DNA from: a virus
DNA length: 64,000 nt
Virus record (IMG/VR): IMGVR_UViG_3300009159_000033
Reading direction: 5' to 3' (one strand)
Positions within the stretch are counted from its first letter, which is position 1. Each line of letters starts with the position of its first letter. The position numbers were made by a program, and so were the translations under genes. The notes beneath the pieces were generated by a model that saw only the letters and a list, made by a program, of their open reading frames with translations, had not been told where the DNA came from and searched no databases. This document shows, in pieces, positions 36,226 to 44,107 of the stretch.

Positions 36226-37406
36226 TGAACACTATTGTTGTTAATCGATTTAAGCCATATCGTAAATTTAGGTGGATACGATCTAATTATTTATGGCAAG
36301 ATAGCAATCCTTATTTAGCTAAATATAATATTAAAGTAAAACACGAATCTGCGGGGCCTCACGATGTAATGGTCATACCTTGTCCGCACTTGCCCGGTAA
36401 AGAATCTTTTGCGCACCAAGACCATGTCATTGAAATTGAAAGGGGACATCGTGGAATTATGGATTTCCAAGATACCCCATTAATTTGTGACAGTTCTTTA
36501 GATTATGCTTATTTAGACCCTGTTATGCGTAGCTTAATAAGTCACCCTCAAGTTCGTGCATACTTGCCTAATGTTTCTTTTCGAGATCCTATTGTGCAGC
36601 AGCGTGGTTCTCTTAATGGGGAATATTATGGCACAGTTTATGCTGCTCGAGAACTGTATGCTAGTGGACCTTCTTCTCGCCAAAATAATCATCCAATGCC
36701 TGCAGAGCTGTTAGCTAAGATTCAGCCGGTTAGTCGTCCTCCTACTCCTCTTTTTTCAGATACTGTTTTTGAGTACATAGCTAAAAAAATTAAACCATTA
36801 AAAAATCGTAGCGTTGACGCTATGTTTAGTGGTCGAACTTTTTATGGGCAAACACAAAAAGCTACATATATTACAAAGCATCGAAAGCACCTCGAATATT
36901 TGTGGGACAGTTTGCCAGGCTGTAACATTATAAAAAGTTACGACAATTACGAAGGAGATATTAAAAATGGAAAGCCGACAAAGATTTATTCTTATCCTTA
37001 TGAGTATGTAGACGCTTTATTAGAAGCTAAAGTGGTTATCAGCCCTTGGGGTTGGTCTCCTTGGTGCATTAGAGATTTAGAGGCGCTGGCTTGTGGCTGT
37101 ATAGTGATTAAGCCGGAGTGTAGCAATATGTTAATCTACCCAGACATTTATGCCCCACATCGACAATTGATGGTTTGGTGCGACATCGTTTTTGATAGTT
37201 TAAAATCACAGTTATATTACATTTATCGAAGTCTGGATGAAATGCAGGATCGGGCGGACCGAGGTAGGCAATTTGTCACGGATGCCCTATACCCTAATGA
37301 TAAGATTTATGCGAGCTGGACCAAGGATATACGACGCATATTAGAGAATGCGTTAGAGCGTCCTGCTTACAGTGTTGCTGCACAAATGCTGGACTTTAAC
37401 TCTTAA
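36225..37406 (+). CDS. GT-B glycosyltransferase-like protein
   Basis: AMFSGR, KVVISPWG, RDLEALACGCIVIKP. Confidence 0.65.
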   Translation: MNTIVVNRFKPYRKFRWIRSNYLWQDSNPYLAKYNIKVKHESAGPHDVMVIPCPHLPGKESFAHQDHVIEIERGHRGIMDFQDTPLICDSSLDYAYLDPVMRSLISHPQVRAYLPNVSFRDPIVQQRGSLNGEYYGTVYAARELYASGPSSRQNNHPMPAELLAKIQPVSRPPTPLFSDTVFEYIAKKIKPLKNRSVDAMFSGRTFYGQTQKATYITKHRKHLEYLWDSLPGCNIIKSYDNYEGDIKNGKPTKIYSYPYEYVDALLEAKVVISPWGWSPWCIRDLEALACGCIVIKPECSNMLIYPDIYAPHRQLMVWCDIVFDSLKSQLYYIYRSLDEMQDRADRGRQFVTDALYPNDKIYASWTKDIRRILENALERPAYSVAAQMLDFNS

Positions 37407-37420
37407 ATCATTTACCGCTG

Positions 37421-37449
37421 TTGCATGATTAAACATATCTGCCCATAAT
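37421..37449 (+). promoter_or_regulatory. Sigma70-like promoter
   Basis: TTGCAT-17 nt-CATAAT before ORF 37515. Confidence 0.5.
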
Positions 37450-37514
37450 CAAAAAGTTGGAAAAGCTCTATTTGATCGATTTCACTAGCATCGCACCGTC
37501 ATGGAGGACTCTGT

Positions 37515-38873
37515 ATGCCAGTTAAGCCCAAGTATGATATTCCCATTCAAGTCATTTTTGATACGGCAATAAGTTGTGGTGGTAGCTTGGCTAAAACAGC
37601 TATAGCACTAGGCATACCTTATCGTTCCACTGTTGGTGCAAGGCTTAAAAAAGCTGGGCTGATGGCACGCATGCGTGCAATGACTAACACTAAGCAAAAG
37701 ACTGCAACAGCTGCTAAAGAAAAACTAACCATCAACGAACGTGGTCAATTTACTGAAGTTGATTATGTGGGAGACCAAATTAACACTGCGGAAGAACTCC
37801 TCTTAAAATCCGGAATTGACATGGAGTTGTACGAGGTAGAACGCATTACTGTCAACAACTGGGAAGTGGCAGGGGCTAAACCAACCAGTGGGATTTGGAA
37901 GACTGGATTAAAACAGATCAAAGTACAGCTAAGGCGCAAGCGAGACGAAAGAGTGGCGGTAGACCGTGTGCTTCAAAAGCTAGAAGATAACTCACCTATT
38001 AACTTGAAGATTAAATACCCTAAAGACAAGAAGCAGAAAGCTCGTCGTGCCCTCGAAGTGTCGATTATGGATCCTCACTATGGCATGCAATGCTACAAGG
38101 GCGAAAGCGATCACAATTGGAGTTTAGAAGAGTGTAGTCGCATGTGTCTGTGGGCAATTGACTCATTGCTAGCTCAAGCCCATTTGTATGGCAAGTTTGA
38201 AGAGATTGTCTTTCCTTTTGGCAACGACTTCCTTCATCATGATAATGCAATGCACACCACCACGAGGGGAACACTGCAGCCAGAAGGTCTGTCTTTCCAG
38301 CATGTGTATGAAAATGCAATTAAGCTTGCTGTAACTATGGTGGACAAGCTTACGGCACTGGCTCCTGTTCGAGTTATTCAAGTTTCTGGTAATCACGACC
38401 AGCAAGCTTCGTTTAGCTTAGGACAGGTGTTAAAAGCCTACTATCGCAACGATGATAATGTTACAGTAGATGTAACTCCAAGCCCTTATAAGTTTTACCG
38501 GTTTGGTACAAACTTGATTGGGTTTGATCATGGCCATCATATTAAGTCGATTCGGCTAGCTGCTTTGATGGCACACGAATGCCGTGAGCACTGGGCAGAC
38601 ACTAGCTTTAGAGAATGGCATTTAGGAGACCAGCATCGCAAGGGAACTGGAAGTCCTGTGGTAATGGAGGAGCAAGGGGTTGGCGTTGAGTATTTGCCCG
38701 CTTTAACCCCTCCTAATGCTTGGCATCGGTTAAAAGGGTTTAACTGGCAGCAACGTGGTGCTATGGCTTTTATATGGGATCACGACACTGGACCAGTGGC
38801 AAGATTGCAGGTAAACCTTAATAGTTACACGGGGAAGCCTACGGGTGTGGGTTTTCCCCAGAAGGGCAAGTAA
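37515..38873 (+). CDS. HTH plus calcineurin-like metallophosphoesterase
   Basis: N-terminal HTH-like LAKTAIALGIPYRSTVGARL; DPHYG, GNDFLH, GNHD, DHGH, GDQH. Confidence 0.75.
   Translation: MPVKPKYDIPIQVIFDTAISCGGSLAKTAIALGIPYRSTVGARLKKAGLMARMRAMTNTKQKTATAAKEKLTINERGQFTEVDYVGDQINTAEELLLKSGIDMELYEVERITVNNWEVAGAKPTSGIWKTGLKQIKVQLRRKRDERVAVDRVLQKLEDNSPINLKIKYPKDKKQKARRALEVSIMDPHYGMQCYKGESDHNWSLEECSRMCLWAIDSLLAQAHLYGKFEEIVFPFGNDFLHHDNAMHTTTRGTLQPEGLSFQHVYENAIKLAVTMVDKLTALAPVRVIQVSGNHDQQASFSLGQVLKAYYRNDDNVTVDVTPSPYKFYRFGTNLIGFDHGHHIKSIRLAALMAHECREHWADTSFREWHLGDQHRKGTGSPVVMEEQGVGVEYLPALTPPNAWHRLKGFNWQQRGAMAFIWDHDTGPVARLQVNLNSYTGKPTGVGFPQKGK
37804..37819. promoter_or_regulatory. 16-bp palindromic site TAAAATCCGGAATTGA
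   Basis: Exact consensus match inside CDS 37515. Confidence 0.55.
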
Positions 38874-39290
38874 ATGAAGTTCTTCTGGTTAGTATTTTTG
38901 TTGTTTTTTGGCTGTTTATTGGGGTGGGGGATTTTCCCCACCCTCTATGAACTGGAAATTCCGCTAGAGCCAGTTGAACAACAAGCTGAGATGGTATCGC
39001 ATGACCATGCGGTATTTGAGGGCCCTCGCTCGGGGAAGTGGCCTGCGGTGCGTCAGCGATTTATCAAGGCGCACCCTTGCTGTGAAGCTTGCGGCAGCTT
39101 GCAGAACCTAAATGTGCATCATATTTTTAGTTTTAAAAATAATCCCGAGTTGGAGTTGGATCCTGATAATTTAATTACCTTATGTCGCAAGCATCATTTT
39201 TTTCTAGGTCATTCGGGTAACTGGACAATCACTAACAAAAAGTGTCAGGAAGAGGTGAAGGCTTACCGCCAACTACATCCGTGGAAATAA
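38874..39290 (+). CDS. HNH endonuclease with an N-terminal hydrophobic segment
   Basis: CEACG...VHHI...DNLITLCRKHH; first ~20 aa hydrophobic. Confidence 0.75.
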   Translation: MKFFWLVFLLFFGCLLGWGIFPTLYELEIPLEPVEQQAEMVSHDHAVFEGPRSGKWPAVRQRFIKAHPCCEACGSLQNLNVHHIFSFKNNPELELDPDNLITLCRKHHFFLGHSGNWTITNKKCQEEVKAYRQLHPWK

Positions 39291-39326
39291 ACTGTTGTTT
39301 TCTGCCAAAGTGCCAAGGAGGGTGAC

Positions 39327-39677
39327 ATGGCTGAGCGAACAGATGGACAAGGTGCAAAGTTTCGTGCGGTCTTACGCATGTTACGCAAAGAGTGCAAAAT
39401 AGCCCGCCCTATCAAAGTAATTAGCAAAGATTTAAATAGAGAAAAGCTATGCGGTTGCTGCATTGCTTATTTAGATGATAATGGTCAAGTAACTCGTTTC
39501 GCTATTGAAGTAGATAGTAATCTAGCCCCAGTTACCGCTATTGATACTCTTTTACATGAGTGGGCACACGCACTAGATCAAGTGACTAATGGAGTGACCG
39601 GAGAGCCTCATCGTAGTAGCTGGGGTAAATGCTACGCTAGAGTATGGCGAGCTTATGTATCTAAAATAATTGATTAA
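39327..39677 (+). CDS. HExxH zinc metalloprotease-like protein (SprT/ImmA-like)
   Basis: TLLHEWAHAL and downstream HRSSWG. Confidence 0.6.
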   Translation: MAERTDGQGAKFRAVLRMLRKECKIARPIKVISKDLNREKLCGCCIAYLDDNGQVTRFAIEVDSNLAPVTAIDTLLHEWAHALDQVTNGVTGEPHRSSWGKCYARVWRAYVSKIID

Positions 39678-39683
39678 ATTTAG

Positions 39684-39712
39684 TTGACTATGTCCCCTTA
39701 AGTGGGTACAAA
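39684..39712 (+). promoter_or_regulatory. Sigma70-like promoter
   Basis: TTGACT-17 nt-TACAAA. Confidence 0.35.
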
Positions 39713-39755
39713 CCCATCTGCTTAGGATGATCAATGTAAAATCCACGGAGGGTTT

Positions 39756-40532
39756 ATGGCTTGGTACAACCGAGAAAATGCGGAAATTCTTAACTTTATG
39801 GTGATTGGAAATAGGCATTCGGGCTATGGTTTATTGCAGTCTTCGCTCGCAGCTCACCCAGATATAGTTTGTCATGGTGATCTTCTTCACGATGACGATA
39901 AAGTTAGAAAAGTCGAGCACTCCATGTATTTTGGGACTACCGGTAAAATAATCGATCACTTCGACCCAACTCATTTAAGTGTGGAACAATATTTCAATAA
40001 CAAGATATTTGACAACATATTGCACGGCGAAAAAGCTGTGGGTGTAAAAGTAACTTACGATCATCTGCGTCATTATGATTTATGGGATTACACAGACCAG
40101 CGGTGTCGCCGGGGTGACTTCTGTTTAGTACATGTTGTGCGTAACCCTATTGCTTGTTATGTTGCATGGAAACAGCAGCAGCAAAGGGAAGGTAATGCGG
40201 AAATTAGTAGTAGTGATCGCTTGCCTGCAATTTGCATTGAGCCCGCTGAACTAACTCAGTTTGTGAGGGACCATACCGCTGCCATGTCTAAAGTTAATAA
40301 ACTTTGCCCAGACCGAGCTGTTATTCCTTATCATGAGTTACTTTTAGACTTTCGAGGTGTCTTAGAAAATCTGTTAGAGTTTTTGGAGTTAAAGTTCAGC
40401 CCAGCATGTTTGCCCAACCAAAAACGAGTACAGCGTAGAGATGTTCGTAGCCGTGTCATGAATTGGACTGAATTAAAGAATGTAGTACCCCATGATGTTC
40501 TTGAGTACATGAATAGCACCACTTTGTTTTAA
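39756..40532 (+). CDS. Sulfotransferase-fold protein (Stf0/family 3-like)
   Basis: IGNRHSG..LL.S.L.AHPDI, VGVKV, VHVVRNP, IPYHEL. Confidence 0.65.
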   Translation: MAWYNRENAEILNFMVIGNRHSGYGLLQSSLAAHPDIVCHGDLLHDDDKVRKVEHSMYFGTTGKIIDHFDPTHLSVEQYFNNKIFDNILHGEKAVGVKVTYDHLRHYDLWDYTDQRCRRGDFCLVHVVRNPIACYVAWKQQQQREGNAEISSSDRLPAICIEPAELTQFVRDHTAAMSKVNKLCPDRAVIPYHELLLDFRGVLENLLEFLELKFSPACLPNQKRVQRRDVRSRVMNWTELKNVVPHDVLEYMNSTTLF

Positions 40533-40545
40533 TAACGAGGTAGCC

Positions 40546-40659
40546 ATGAGTTTTGAACTTCATTTAATGTGTTGGGGTAGTCTTATTCTTCTTGTGGGAA
40601 TTGTTTTAAATATATGGCTTATTAGTGTATCCGATGACCACGGCACTGATGATTTTTAA
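40546..40659 (+). CDS. 37-aa single-TM membrane peptide (not in the ORF track)
   Basis: SD gagg, MSFELHLMCWGSLILLVGIVLNIWLISVSDDHGTDDF. Confidence 0.55.
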   Translation: MSFELHLMCWGSLILLVGIVLNIWLISVSDDHGTDDF

Positions 40660-40680
40660 TTAGAATGGTAAAATAAAAAC

Positions 40681-40890
40681 ATGCAGCAAGATAAAGGATT
40701 GACGGCACGGGAACGAGAGATAGTCATACTAATCAGCAAAAACTTAAAGTATAAAGACATTGCGATAAAGCTTAATCTTGGCTATGAAACAATTAAGACT
40801 TATGTTAAACGTATTCGTAAAAAACTAAACCTTTCCTCCAAGCTAGAGGTAGGGTTGTGGGGTTACAAACAAGGGTGGACAGAAGGTTAA
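40681..40890 (+). CDS. Stand-alone LuxR/GerE-type HTH regulator
   Basis: LTAREREIV...YKDIA.KLNLGYETIKTYVKRI..KL. Confidence 0.85.
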   Translation: MQQDKGLTAREREIVILISKNLKYKDIAIKLNLGYETIKTYVKRIRKKLNLSSKLEVGLWGYKQGWTEG

Positions 40891-40908
40891 ACTAAAGAAA
40901 GGACCTAC

Positions 40909-41619
40909 ATGAGTAAGTTTAAGAAGGCGGTTATGTTGCATAACAAAGAGGAGTGGCAGCATTATCAGAAAGATATGATAACTGAATTAAATATGCTTTC
41001 TTATGGCCATTCGTTGTCAATACAGTTACCTAAAAGTCCAGAATCTTATCCCTGCCTAGTGTACACAACATTATTACCTTTAAGTCAAAACTCTGAAGCT
41101 ATAGATCACGCTGAAATCGCCTGTTGCTATGTGTATACAGACAATGCAGAAGAACTAGTAAAGTTAATAGGCCCAGAAAATCTGCTTGATTTCTTTTCTT
41201 CGTTGGAAAGCAAACTGGCTACAGATAACACATATACGGAGAAATATAAGGAGTGCCATAACTACGAAGGGCACAAAGGTAGGGAAGGGGTTGAAGGCAA
41301 GGACGAAGATGACGAAGAAGAAATTCTTTTTGATGACGATGCTTATCTTCCAGCTGCAGACTCTTTTGAAGCGGATGAGGATGAGGATGAGATAAAGATG
41401 AAAAAAGGTAAAACAGAAGACTATGTGCCAGCTTCTGCTGGTGTATTACTACTTACCTTGGTATCAGAGCTACGAAGCATAGGAGCTTTGCGGTTAGATC
41501 GAATGCTGGAAACTGCAAAGGAAATAGAAAAGTGGATGGTGGAAAACAAAGAAGAAAATCTACATTCGGATCTGTGGGAACTTTTAAAAAGATTGTGGGA
41601 TAAAAAAGATGCTAGCTAA
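40909..41619 (+). CDS. Hypothetical protein with an acidic tract
   Basis: 236-aa ORF with SD aaagga. Confidence 0.6.
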   Translation: MSKFKKAVMLHNKEEWQHYQKDMITELNMLSYGHSLSIQLPKSPESYPCLVYTTLLPLSQNSEAIDHAEIACCYVYTDNAEELVKLIGPENLLDFFSSLESKLATDNTYTEKYKECHNYEGHKGREGVEGKDEDDEEEILFDDDAYLPAADSFEADEDEDEIKMKKGKTEDYVPASAGVLLLTLVSELRSIGALRLDRMLETAKEIEKWMVENKEENLHSDLWELLKRLWDKKDAS

Positions 41620-42244
41620 CTTCATAAACCAGTGTTGGTGGTACATGGAGATTCCAAGAACAGGTTCATCTACCATTGATAGAGGCTTGCGTAGGTTTTT
41701 TCCTCATGCACAAGCAATATATCAGAAACATTGGCCAATCACGCCTGCTCCGTTTATGGATAAGGATACAAAAGAAGTTTTTGGTTTTACTTCTATTAGA
41801 AACCCTTACAGTCGGGCAGTAAGCTGTTGGCAGTTTTTTACTCAGCCTGGGAAAATCTCTTTTCTAGACTGGACAAAAGAGCGAAGAGACCAAGGTTTTA
41901 TGGATGTACATATTGAGGCGCGTCCGCAACATTTCTGGTTTAATCTTCATCAGTGGGAAGCTGTTATTCGGCAAGAGCATCTAGAATATGATTTTTGGCA
42001 AATAGCTCAAAAGCTTAACTCTCGTTTGTCTCCCATGCCATTAATTAAATACAATGATATAAATGGACCATGGGTAAACAGAGTGCATGCTAAAACTTCT
42101 CGGGATAAGCCTTGGCAAGACTACTACTGTACAGAAAGTAAGCAAAATGTTCTGCAACTGTACCAAGAAGACTTTAAATGCTTAGCCCCTTGGTATTCTG
42201 TCCAGTTTCCTACTATTGCTGTCACCTCTGCTCAAGAGGTATAA
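41609..42244 (+). CDS. Sulfotransferase family 2 protein
   Basis: EIPRTGSS, SIRNPYSRAVSCW, LYQEDF; paralog of 32441. Confidence 0.75.
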   Translation: MLANFINQCWWYMEIPRTGSSTIDRGLRRFFPHAQAIYQKHWPITPAPFMDKDTKEVFGFTSIRNPYSRAVSCWQFFTQPGKISFLDWTKERRDQGFMDVHIEARPQHFWFNLHQWEAVIRQEHLEYDFWQIAQKLNSRLSPMPLIKYNDINGPWVNRVHAKTSRDKPWQDYYCTESKQNVLQLYQEDFKCLAPWYSVQFPTIAVTSAQEV

Positions 42245-42246
42245 TC

Positions 42247-42441
42247 AGCCCAAGTGGCTTTATCGCAGGTGCCGATAGGTTAGGAAATGCAGTGCAGCTA
42301 GGATAGCCGCAATTTGTATTAGGATTGCTGGGCAAGTGAAAAACAGCCAGCTGGTGGAGTTTCAGTCGCACCTTATGACTGTTACCAGCGGAACGCTTCC
42401 GCACTGGACTTGAGGGAGGGGATCTCAAGGGGCCACTTAGC
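42247..42441 (+). ncRNA. Candidate structured ncRNA (about 195 nt), GGA-rich
   Basis: Closing stem AAGTGGC/GCCACTT and at least 5 internal hairpins. Confidence 0.45.
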
Positions 42442-42472
42442 TATTTCTCTTGCTTACAAGGATGTCACAAGC

Positions 42473-42814
42473 ATGACAACTACTCAATACCACGCTTTAG
42501 CCTTAACCCAAGAACGATTAATACAGCAAGTGGCATCGGTTGAGGCTAAGGTGGATCATATGAGCCATGATATTGGTATCTTGTGTAAGCTAGTGCGGGA
42601 TGGAAACGGCCAGCCATCTATTATGCAGCGGTTAGCCCAAGTAGAGACAGTGTTAGAAGCTCAAGTTAAAGATTTAGAACAAATTAGCCAATATGCCAAT
42701 TCTATGACTGCGTCCCGCATGCTTACTCGAACACAGTTAGTTGTAGGGTTATCGGGGATGATACTTACTGTGTTGCTTTCTTCATTTTCAGTTTATGCAG
42801 CAATTATGAAATAG
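42473..42814 (+). CDS. Coiled-coil protein with a C-terminal TM helix (XhlA/holin-accessory-like)
   Basis: Start moved to ATG 42473 (SD aagga); heptads then LVVGLSGMILTVLLSSFSVYA. Confidence 0.55.
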   Translation: MTTTQYHALALTQERLIQQVASVEAKVDHMSHDIGILCKLVRDGNGQPSIMQRLAQVETVLEAQVKDLEQISQYANSMTASRMLTRTQLVVGLSGMILTVLLSSFSVYAAIMK

Positions 42815-42829
42815 GTTAAGGGAGTTTTT

Positions 42830-43414
42830 ATGAGTTTGATTTCTACGGCTGATATTCCAGATTATCGGCATTTATTGCTTTATGATGTTTTACAAATGCC
42901 GGAGAAATGGGCTGAAGTTAAGATGACAGGTTTGTTACAACTCACTAATTCAAAATGTGCAGCTCCTAGCTATTTAATAGTAGGCATACCCACTGCTTTG
43001 GTTCGTGGTGTTTTTGATGCAATGCATGAACCTGGTATTTCTTTACCTGCATCTGTAGACGGAGGGGCTATGCGTGCCGGTATTGTGGTCATGACTCCGG
43101 AAGAACTAAAACAAATAGGTGGTTCTGAAAAGATTAGCGAGCGGGGTAAATCTTTTAGTTATTACCTTGATGGGCTAACAGAAACACCAGCTAAAGGGTG
43201 GCCCGGTGTCTCCACTTGCTGGCACATGAGAATTAAATCACCAGACCTTGGTAAGTTACGCCGTAGCTACGGGTTACCTACCAAAGTTGAAGGTGATTCT
43301 GACTTTTCCATAGTAGTGGCAGTGCGTAAAACTGGAGTACTTACTGCCAATGCTACGAGTAAATCTACGAAGCAGAAGGATTCTCAGGAGCTTCCAAGTT
43401 GGACTCTGCCTTAA
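42830..43414 (+). CDS. Possible 2H-phosphoesterase-fold protein lacking both catalytic His
   Basis: AGIVVM and FSIVVA at the positions of the two HxS/T motifs; SPDL..LR..YGL segment. Confidence 0.4.
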   Translation: MSLISTADIPDYRHLLLYDVLQMPEKWAEVKMTGLLQLTNSKCAAPSYLIVGIPTALVRGVFDAMHEPGISLPASVDGGAMRAGIVVMTPEELKQIGGSEKISERGKSFSYYLDGLTETPAKGWPGVSTCWHMRIKSPDLGKLRRSYGLPTKVEGDSDFSIVVAVRKTGVLTANATSKSTKQKDSQELPSWTLP

Positions 43415-43577
43415 GCTTATTCTCAATTAACTTTGCGATTTCGCTGCGGTGAACAGCAACTTCACGGGGAGCTGCTATCCCAATTTGAATTTTGTCACCA
43501 CGGATGTCAACAATGGTGATAGTGATGTTATCACTGATTTTAATGCTCTCGCCTTTTTTTCTACTTAATACTAGCAT
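43365..43577 (-). CDS. csrA: Carbon storage regulator CsrA/RsmA
   Basis: MLVLSRKKGESI.I.D.I.ITIV.IRGDKI.IGI.AP.EV.VHR.EI. Confidence 0.93.
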   Translation of the reverse strand: MLVLSRKKGESIKISDNITITIVDIRGDKIQIGIAAPREVAVHRSEIAKLIENKLKAESNLEAPENPSAS

Positions 43578-43620
43578 TTGAATCGTCCTTCCTTGAAGTT
43601 AAAATGCTTGGAATTCGACC

Positions 43621-43649
43621 ACCATACTTATTTTATACAAGCAAGTCAA
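43621..43649 (-). promoter_or_regulatory. Sigma70-like promoter for csrA
   Basis: On the - strand TTGACT-17 nt-TATGGT, then SD AAGGAAGGA. Confidence 0.55.
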
Positions 43650-43661
43650 TAAGGAGTTATC

Positions 43662-44096
43662 ATGGAAGCTTTTCTTCAACGTTTACCTGCAATATTTAAC
43701 AATAAAACGGCAGCTAACAGCAATGGCTGGTACATTGCGGAATCAAATATAAAAGGTAAAGGCATATTTGCTGACAAGGATTACAAGGAAGGGGAGATCA
43801 TTGGCAGTGGGGGTACAGCGGGCGGAGAAGATGAATTCGGTTCTAAAATCTGGAATTTAACAGAACTGGCTCGTTATTGTAACCATCAATGGAAATCGAA
43901 TGTTGACATAAAGAAAGATAATGATCAAATTGATTTAGTGGCAAAACGAGAAATTAGCAAGGATCAAGAAATTGTAGCGGATTACGCACAAGTTTCTCGA
44001 GAGCTTGGAGCTCGTTCACGCATGATGTGGAATGGCAAAGATGTACCATCTACCGACTTTTCTGACTATGTGGAAAAAAACAACGAAGATGAATAA
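43662..44096 (+). CDS. SET-domain protein lysine methyltransferase
   Basis: KGKGIFA, ARYCNH, EIVADY motifs; NKTAA leader. Confidence 0.8.
   Translation: MEAFLQRLPAIFNNKTAANSNGWYIAESNIKGKGIFADKDYKEGEIIGSGGTAGGEDEFGSKIWNLTELARYCNHQWKSNVDIKKDNDQIDLVAKREISKDQEIVADYAQVSRELGARSRMMWNGKDVPSTDFSDYVEKNNEDE
43844..43859. promoter_or_regulatory. 16-bp palindromic site TAAAATCTGGAATTTA
   Basis: Exact consensus match inside the SET gene. Confidence 0.55.
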
Positions 44097-44107
44097 GAAA
44101 GTTAAAA

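Noticed and set aside
42222-42472. ORF 42222-42428 (-) and the GTG-extended start of 42410
   Set aside because: They overlap the structured element; the SD supports ATG 42473
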